From positions 248,001 to 312,000 of the IMG/VR virus record IMGVR_UViG_3300027749_002876: a stretch of DNA of 64,000 nucleotides; one strand, written 5' to 3'. The notes beneath the pieces were generated by a model, which worked only from the letters and a program-made list of their open reading frames with translations, was not told where the DNA came from and ran no database searches. Below are positions 39,533 through 46,397 of this stretch, in pieces. How positions within the stretch are numbered: the stretch's first letter is position 1; each line of letters opens with the position of its first letter. The position numbers were made by a program, and so were the translations under genes.

Positions 39533-40471
39533 TTATATACTATAATTTGAGGCGGCTAGTGCATATCTAGCAGTACCAACACCAGTAACGTCATTAGCAA
39601 CTACACCGGTGTTTGATACTAGGTTAGTTATTGCTGTTACACTTGCAGGTGAAAGTATCCTTCCATATCCAAATATTGCAGTATCTAAACCATAACCTGC
39701 GGCTGCTAGAATATATCTAGCGGTACCAACACCAGATGTATTAGTTGCAACTACACCTGTATTTGATACTTTATTGGTTATTGAAACATTTGGATTTCCA
39801 CCATAACCAAAAATAGCTTTATCTGTGCCATAAGTTGCGGCTGCTAATTGAGTTCTGGCAGTACCAACACCTGCAGTATCAGTAGCAACTACACCGGTAT
39901 TACTTACTAGATTGGTTATTGAAACTGGACCAACTGCGCCGTCTTCTCCAAATCCAAAAATTGCTTTATCTGTACCATAACCTGCGGCTGCTAGTGCATA
40001 TCTAGCAGTACCAACACCGGAAACGTCGGTGGAGACTACACCTGTGTTACTTACTAGGTTAGTTACTGCTGAGTAGGAGTAGGTATATCCATATCCAAAT
40101 ATAGCTTTATCAGTACCATAACCTGCCGCTCCTAGTTGACTTCTAGCAGTCCCTACTCCCGTAGTATCTGTAGCAACTACCCCTGTATTACTTACTAAAT
40201 TGGTCATTGATACAAGTCCGGAGTTGTTAAATCCATATCCAAATAGTGCTTTATCAGTACCATAGCCCGCTGCCGCTAGTTCATCTCTAGCAGTACCGAC
40301 TCCTGTTGTATCGGTTGCAACAACCCCAGTGTTACTTACTAGATTAGTTATTGATATATATGATGGGCTGGAATATCCATATCCAAAGATTGCTTTATAA
40401 GAGGGTGGGGGAGGTGCTGTAATTGCAAATCCACCACTGAAATTTACACCTGAAAAAATTATGTCTGCCAT
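39533..40471 (-). CDS. six-repeat Kelch-like beta-propeller protein, copy 6
   Basis: same architecture; GATAAATA at 40491-40498 and AAGGA RBS. Confidence 0.8.
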   Translation of the reverse strand: MADIIFSGVNFSGGFAITAPPPPSYKAIFGYGYSSPSYISITNLVSNTGVVATDTTGVGTARDELAAAGYGTDKALFGYGFNNSGLVSMTNLVSNTGVVATDTTGVGTARSQLGAAGYGTDKAIFGYGYTYSYSAVTNLVSNTGVVSTDVSGVGTARYALAAAGYGTDKAIFGFGEDGAVGPVSITNLVSNTGVVATDTAGVGTARTQLAAATYGTDKAIFGYGGNPNVSITNKVSNTGVVATNTSGVGTARYILAAAGYGLDTAIFGYGRILSPASVTAITNLVSNTGVVANDVTGVGTARYALAASNYSI

Positions 40472-40502
40472 ACTATATTATCCTTTAATGTATTTATCAA
40501 AA

Positions 40503-40528
40503 AGAATAGGCTCCGAAGAGCCTATTCT
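40503..40528 (-). terminator. terminator of tmRNA locus, AGGCTC/GAGCCT family
   Basis: AGAATAGGCTC-TTCG-GAGCCTATTCT on minus strand plus T-run. Confidence 0.8.
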
Positions 40529-40529
40529 G

Positions 40530-40870
40530 CTATTTTCTGTTACGAGGGATAACTCCCCTAGCTGCCTTTATCAGGCCGCAATGCTAAACTGTGAGTCGTT
40601 TGCGGTTACTTTTTTTGCTTCTACGACCGGGTTGCCCCAATCCTACGGCTTCTGCTTTGCCGAGCTGTCCACTCTGTTACTTGTTGCCCTGTCGAAACTT
40701 TTCAGGCCCATCATAAAAAGAATATTAAAAAAACCAAAATAATAACACTCAATATTCCACATGTATATTGATATTTTACTTCAGGATCCATATTGTCTCC
40801 TTATGGTGGACCTGGGGAGATTCGCACTCCCGTCCAGAACACCTTTCCCGTTACTTCATACAGCAATAAC
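40530..40870 (-). ncRNA. ssrA: circularly permuted (two-piece) tmRNA
   Basis: Acceptor piece ends GACGGGAGTGCGAATCTCCCCAGGTCCACCA (3' end 40804). Coding piece starts GGGCCTGAAAAGTTTCGAC (40709). Acceptor stem GGGCCTG/CAGGTCC has G3:U70. Tag frame 40603-40568 reads ANDSQFSIAA then TGA TAA. Outer ends approximate. Confidence 0.92.
40711..40791 (-). CDS. 26-aa hydrophobic peptide encoded in the tmRNA intervening segment
   Basis: TAAGGAG-5nt-ATG; MDPEVKYQYTCGILSVIILVFLIFFL; ends 1 nt before the coding-piece 5' G. Confidence 0.6.
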   Translation of the reverse strand: MDPEVKYQYTCGILSVIILVFLIFFL

Positions 40871-40871
40871 T

Positions 40872-43800
40872 TCAATTGTATTTAGCATTGAAATACTTTT
40901 TTAACCAAGGCCAATCATAACTTAGACGCAATTTGCCTAACTCACCATTGACTTGTTCAACATATTCTACAGCATGTTTTGCACCATCGATACTATATTG
41001 GGCATAGTCACCCTCACCCACAGTTGACCATATCTTTAATCGTTGTTTGCTATCAGGACTATCATCTAGTTTTAACTTGATAACTTCACGGAAACTGGTA
41101 CGCCATGTACTAAATTCATCAGTGTTATATCGTGCTACACCCGAATTAATCTCTACAACTTCATGCTCATTGTCTAATGTAAAGTCCAAACCTTTACCCA
41201 TATTACTTAACGTAATCTGTTTATGGTATGCAATCATAGCTTGGTGACCATACACTAATCCATTTACAGGGTTACTTGCGTAGAAGATATAATGTTTAGG
41301 TATCTGTAATCTATCTGGTTGCCATGTAAAATCAAATTTACTATTGATACGTAACTTAGCAAACACTGTAAACATCCAAGGTGTTTCACTAGCTGTTGCG
41401 GCTGCATGATAAGCCTGAACACGACCATTTACACCATCAACACGAACAACACGATTAGGCAATCCTTTAGTCACGTTTAGTAAGTGTTCATAGTTCTCAT
41501 CAGCTCCAACTTCACCGTTGCTAAGGAAAACTATATCCAGTGGCTTAGACTGTATTAGTTTATCAGCTTTACTGATGTATGGATAATCATACAACTCTTT
41601 CTTAACATATTCTTTAGCTTCTTTCGGCACAATAATACGTGTGCCACCGGTAGTAGTAATTAATATGTTTTTAGATTCTTTAGACCATAAACTTATTGGT
41701 TCATTGTCAACAACTTTTATTTCTTTGTTGTCTTCCGTGACAAACGTAGCATAAGGCCAATTAAAATCAGTATTAGTAATAGAGACATGTGTATCGCTTT
41801 CAGTTATAAAGTTTGGAGCAGGTAAACGCTTTACTCTTTGATGTTGGTTAAAGTTAATTTTCTCAATTTTTTCTAAATTATCTAATTCTTCTATCAGCAT
41901 ACGTAATTTATTGACATTGATAAAGAATGTATCACCAAACTTTTGCAAGTTACTAGGGAATACATGCAATTGTTCCAGTGAAAACGGATCACATATGTAT
42001 GTAAAATCAAAATTAGTATAGTCACATATAGAACTACATACCCAAACATAATGTTCTTTTTTAATACCTAACTCATACAACATATTTTTTAATGTAGTTA
42101 GGTAATCATTATCATATTTAATAACTTCAACATTCTTTTTAGTTTTATTTTCTAATAATGATGTAATATTATCAGTAGTATCATTACCGTAATCAATCAA
42201 ATAAACGTCATACAAGCAGTTACTAGCGACCGCTCGCTTTGTTTTTACAAAGTTAAGATTACTTAAATGTTCTATAATTTTAATATGTTTAGTATCTTCT
42301 ATGAATGTTTCTTTATTGACCATAAAGGTAGTTCCCCAATGGCTCCATTGTGTTCCAAATATATGAACCATTTTCATTTGCCATGGGCTAGGATAATAGT
42401 CAAATGTAAAATTTGTATAATCTAATTCACTATTCAGTATCCAACATACTTCAGTTTCAGACTTGTTAAGACAACGATTAATAGTATCAACCCAGCTATT
42501 TAAATAACGTGTTTTTTGTATTTTTGGATAGCGTTGTTTTAATTCTTCGAATCTTTGTTGGCTTTCATTGTTGTTCTTATCAACAAAAAACATTGATAGG
42601 TTACTGTCGATTTCCACTGTTTGTTCTTCAACATAGTTAAATTCTCTATGACCCATAGTGTATAATGGTCCGTTAACATAATAAGTTTGTGTGTTCTTAC
42701 TATATTCGTTACCAAATACATTTATGTGCCTAAAGTTTTCACTATTTGGTCTCCAGTTAAAATCAAATTTATCATAATTTAAGTCAGGGTTGATGACCCA
42801 AAATACTTCATCCGGATGTTCTGCAATCAAATCCTCAAGTGTTGTTTTAAGTTTATAACGATTAACTGTATTACGGTTTGTAGTAATTGTAGTTTCTGTT
42901 CGTTCCATCAACACAACTTCAGTTGCGCCTGGCACAGTGTATCTAGGACCATTATCTGCCCACTGGTAAATTTGAGGAGGACTATGTGGATTAGGTCTCC
43001 AACTAAAATCAAATGTATTGTAATCGTCTACATTACTCACATGCCAATTTTTTAATTCTGGTTTAGTAATAGCAACAATGCTTTTAACATATTTTCGTTC
43101 TGATGCCCCATAAGTCCAATATTCTACTGTAGGTTCTACTGTAGCGTCATTCCATTTGTTACCAAAAACATATACATATGGTGGACTTTTGGGATCAGGT
43201 CTCCATGAATAATCAAAATTGTCAACAGGTATTACTACTAGCCACTTGTTCATATCAGGTAATGTAGTTGCTACTACATCATCCATATATTTAAATTCAG
43301 TAGCACCTGGACAAGTGTAAGTGATAGTAGGTTCACGTACAGCATCGTTATATTTGTTACCCCATACATAGATATACGCAGGTTCACGCGGATCAGGTCT
43401 CCAGCTAAAATCAAATGAAGATTTATCAACTGGTATAAGAGTTTCCCATCTATTAAGCTGTGGCTTTACATCAACTATACCTACATATTTGCGTTCTGTT
43501 GCACCTGGTACATGATATTCTAATGTAGGTTCTACTTCTGCCGGAACATATTTGTTTCCCCATGTATATATGTAGGGTTTTTCAGTCTCATCGGGATGCC
43601 AACTAAGTTGGTCTTCTACTACAGCCTGATGTATAACCCAATTATCCTTTGTAGGCAGTGCTTTTGCTCTGGTTGCGTCAATATATTTTACAGCACTGTT
43701 CTCATTTACACCGTCTGCATAATATACAGGGCCGCCCGTCTTTTGCCATTGTGTTCCAAATTTATATATGTATGGTATATCTTCGATATCAGGATGCCAA

Positions 43801-45215
43801 CTAAAATCAAACTCGGATGTGTCAATACTATCCGGTGTGAACCAACTTGCCATGATATTATGTTCGGGCATTATCCAATTTTTCATATTAGGTAATGCTT
43901 TTGCTTTGACCTCATCAACATATTTTACATGACTATATTCATTTGCACCTTCAGAATAATAAATAGGTCCGCCTATCTTTTGCCATTGTGTTCCAAACTG
44001 ATACTTATATGGTCTATCTTCAATGCCGGGGTGCCAACTAAAATCAAATTCAGATACATCCACACCATCAGGGATAGACCAATTAGTCATGTTTGATAAT
44101 GCTTTAGCTACAGGGTAATCAATATATTTTACATCTGTTGCATTGTTGACAACATAGCGAGGACCACCTGCTTTACTCCATTGGTCGGGGAATTGATATA
44201 TAAAATCAGGTTCATTTGGTTTTGGTTCCCAACTATAATCAAAAGTAGATGCATCAATATATGAAGGTACTATCCAATTATCTTTAAACTGTTTACGTGT
44301 TAATCGGTATTCATCTATATATTTGTATTGTGTTGCACCTTCAACAGTGTATGTTGCAGAAATCTTATCTTCTGCTTTAGTCCATTGATTACCCCATGCA
44401 TAGATAAATGCGGGTTCACGTGGATCTGGTCTCCAACTAAAGTCAAATTCATTTTTGTCTATATCATCAGCAATGACCCAACGATCCCATTTGGGTTCTA
44501 GTGCTACTTCATCTGTCATATATTTTATAATAGAAGAACCTTCAGTATGATATTCCAATACACTTTTAACTTCTACTGGGAAGAATTTGCAACCCCAATG
44601 ATAAATGAATGCAGGTTCACGTGGATCTGGTCTCCAACTAAAGTCAAATTTGTTCTTGTCTATATCATCAGTAATAACCCAACGATCCCATTTGGGTTCT
44701 AGTGCTACTTCATCTGTCATATATTTTATATTGATAGCACCGGGCACACGATATTCTATTACATTTTTAACTTCTACTGGGAAGAATTTGCAACCCCAAT
44801 GATAAATGAATGGCGGATCAGTTGGATCAGGATGCCATGAAAAATCAAATTTAGTTTCATCAATTAAATCATGTAAGATCCATCTATCATTTTTTTCGTT
44901 GTGTCTAAGTACTGGTTGTACATCAGCACGATAAATTGTTAATGGTAATTTATTATCAGCATTACACAACCATGTGCCGCTGTCTTTCTGATGTTGACTT
45001 GGCCAAATATTATCATGTTCATATGCCCATACATCTTCATCCGGCAAGAATTCAAAATCAAAATCCCAATCAAAATTTCGATAATCACAGTACTCGTTGA
45101 TTATCCAAAAATGTTCTGTTGTGGCTTGTTTTCTGGCCTCGGCTAGATTACGTGCTTGTTTTTCTCTGGGGTGGGCGTTTGGTTTATTACCAAAATAAAA
45201 TACATCTCTTAGCAT
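40872..45215 (-). CDS. 1447-aa repeat protein with degenerate glycosyltransferase-like C-terminal domains
   Basis: about ten ~67-aa repeats FDFSW(H/R)PDPxEPxYIYxWG...YxVPGATExKY; C-terminus similar to 57248..58201 protein. Confidence 0.7.
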   Translation of the reverse strand: MLRDVFYFGNKPNAHPREKQARNLAEARKQATTEHFWIINEYCDYRNFDWDFDFEFLPDEDVWAYEHDNIWPSQHQKDSGTWLCNADNKLPLTIYRADVQPVLRHNEKNDRWILHDLIDETKFDFSWHPDPTDPPFIYHWGCKFFPVEVKNVIEYRVPGAINIKYMTDEVALEPKWDRWVITDDIDKNKFDFSWRPDPREPAFIYHWGCKFFPVEVKSVLEYHTEGSSIIKYMTDEVALEPKWDRWVIADDIDKNEFDFSWRPDPREPAFIYAWGNQWTKAEDKISATYTVEGATQYKYIDEYRLTRKQFKDNWIVPSYIDASTFDYSWEPKPNEPDFIYQFPDQWSKAGGPRYVVNNATDVKYIDYPVAKALSNMTNWSIPDGVDVSEFDFSWHPGIEDRPYKYQFGTQWQKIGGPIYYSEGANEYSHVKYVDEVKAKALPNMKNWIMPEHNIMASWFTPDSIDTSEFDFSWHPDIEDIPYIYKFGTQWQKTGGPVYYADGVNENSAVKYIDATRAKALPTKDNWVIHQAVVEDQLSWHPDETEKPYIYTWGNKYVPAEVEPTLEYHVPGATERKYVGIVDVKPQLNRWETLIPVDKSSFDFSWRPDPREPAYIYVWGNKYNDAVREPTITYTCPGATEFKYMDDVVATTLPDMNKWLVVIPVDNFDYSWRPDPKSPPYVYVFGNKWNDATVEPTVEYWTYGASERKYVKSIVAITKPELKNWHVSNVDDYNTFDFSWRPNPHSPPQIYQWADNGPRYTVPGATEVVLMERTETTITTNRNTVNRYKLKTTLEDLIAEHPDEVFWVINPDLNYDKFDFNWRPNSENFRHINVFGNEYSKNTQTYYVNGPLYTMGHREFNYVEEQTVEIDSNLSMFFVDKNNNESQQRFEELKQRYPKIQKTRYLNSWVDTINRCLNKSETEVCWILNSELDYTNFTFDYYPSPWQMKMVHIFGTQWSHWGTTFMVNKETFIEDTKHIKIIEHLSNLNFVKTKRAVASNCLYDVYLIDYGNDTTDNITSLLENKTKKNVEVIKYDNDYLTTLKNMLYELGIKKEHYVWVCSSICDYTNFDFTYICDPFSLEQLHVFPSNLQKFGDTFFINVNKLRMLIEELDNLEKIEKINFNQHQRVKRLPAPNFITESDTHVSITNTDFNWPYATFVTEDNKEIKVVDNEPISLWSKESKNILITTTGGTRIIVPKEAKEYVKKELYDYPYISKADKLIQSKPLDIVFLSNGEVGADENYEHLLNVTKGLPNRVVRVDGVNGRVQAYHAAATASETPWMFTVFAKLRINSKFDFTWQPDRLQIPKHYIFYASNPVNGLVYGHQAMIAYHKQITLSNMGKGLDFTLDNEHEVVEINSGVARYNTDEFSTWRTSFREVIKLKLDDSPDSKQRLKIWSTVGEGDYAQYSIDGAKHAVEYVEQVNGELGKLRLSYDWPWLKKYFNAKYN
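44405..44810. repeat. recent tandem duplication, 201-nt period
   Basis: TGGATCTGGTCTCCAACTAAAGTCAAATT at 44421 and 44622; near-identical 67-aa units. Confidence 0.85.
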
Positions 45216-45220
45216 TATTA

Positions 45221-45295
45221 TACTTATGAAAGTACAGGTATGTTGTAAAGTTTTTAAATTGATAATAAATGTTATATATTTTGTTGATATAAATA
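45221..45295. promoter_or_regulatory. divergent late-type promoters
   Basis: ATAAGTA (minus, 45221-45227) 5 nt before ATG 45215; TATAAATA (plus, 45288-45295) 6 nt before ATG 45302. Confidence 0.6.
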
Positions 45296-45301
45296 GTTCG
45301 T

Positions 45302-46396
45302 ATGCCTAAAAAGCATTTATCAATAACAGGAACACGCATGAGCAGAACACAATTTGAATTTACACCAGGAAAACCAATTAGAACATACGGAGCCAATGGC
45401 TCATGGAGAGATTGGAGCACCGATGAACTTGTGGGGGCAAAATTAAATTATCTATCAGGTTGGAAATGTGGTGCAGGCGTTGATAGCTTATTCATCGATA
45501 TGGATGGTGGTGTATGGACAGCTAGTTGTCGTGTAGGTGGCAAATTAGGTAGTGTTTGGGATGACTTTTCAGTTCCGGAAGATTGGATTGATTGTACTAA
45601 AAATGTATGTAGTTGCGGTGCTGACTTGTTTATCCCAAAAACTAGTCTTGTTGAATTCAAGCCATTACTACGAAAAGGACAAGAATTGCCAACTCAGGGT
45701 GAAATGTTAAATGAACAACTAACTGAGTTTGTAGGTATGGAACGAACACACGCTAGTACTCAAAAACAAATATATTGGGAAATAGGTCGTAGATGTAATT
45801 ATGATTGTAGTTATTGCTGGCCTTGGATACATAACAATACTGACCCACACAAGCCATTGGAAGATTTAATGAGAGCTACTCATTTGATTGAGAAAAAATT
45901 CACCAAAGGTGAAAGCGTTAACTTCATTATTAGTGGTGGTGAACCCACTGTTAATAAAGATTTCTTAGATTGGTTACGTTATTTAAATGCATGCGGACAT
46001 CATGTGAGCTTGCATAGTAATGGTAGTCGATTGCCTGACTATTACAAAGAAGTTATACATTACGGTGATTTGAACTTGAGTGTTCATTATGAGTTCTATA
46101 ACAGAGAAAAGTTTGTTAAAGTGGTTGAGGCTATTGCAAAAGAAAAATCAGAACACGGTGGTTGTGGTCACTTAGAAGTTAAGTTTATGATGGCTCCGCA
46201 CAACCGTGATGAGACATTGAGCTTAGAAGCTGAATTAAAAGAATTACCTCACTTTGTAGATTACTGCACCTGGGCTATTGTTCCTATACGAGGAGACATG
46301 AATAACAAAATCAGTTCACCTGATACCGGTTCAGGCAGTGAAGTTATGGAAGGCTACACTAAGGAAGATTACATTTTATTCGGAGATCGTAAATAA
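45302..46396 (+). CDS. radical SAM enzyme with N-terminal SPASM-like domain
   Basis: CNYDCSYC, SGGEPT, SNGSR; N-terminal WKC...C...CTKNVCSC. Confidence 0.9.
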   Translation: MPKKHLSITGTRMSRTQFEFTPGKPIRTYGANGSWRDWSTDELVGAKLNYLSGWKCGAGVDSLFIDMDGGVWTASCRVGGKLGSVWDDFSVPEDWIDCTKNVCSCGADLFIPKTSLVEFKPLLRKGQELPTQGEMLNEQLTEFVGMERTHASTQKQIYWEIGRRCNYDCSYCWPWIHNNTDPHKPLEDLMRATHLIEKKFTKGESVNFIISGGEPTVNKDFLDWLRYLNACGHHVSLHSNGSRLPDYYKEVIHYGDLNLSVHYEFYNREKFVKVVEAIAKEKSEHGGCGHLEVKFMMAPHNRDETLSLEAELKELPHFVDYCTWAIVPIRGDMNNKISSPDTGSGSEVMEGYTKEDYILFGDRK

Positions 46397-46397
46397 T

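Noticed and set aside
21735-40471. Diversity-generating retroelement as the source of propeller variation
   Set aside because: No reverse transcriptase or non-coding template repeat in the window; loops differ in length and variation is spread over all repeats, unlike adenine-specific substitution. An RT elsewhere in the genome cannot be excluded.
40461-40742. 93-aa plus-strand ORF
   Set aside because: Antisense to the tmRNA coding piece and terminator; no RBS or recognisable motif
40804-40840. Stand-alone tRNA or integration-site tRNA fragment
   Set aside because: No anticodon arm; it pairs with the downstream GGGCCTG piece and tag frame, which fits permuted tmRNA; no integrase seen
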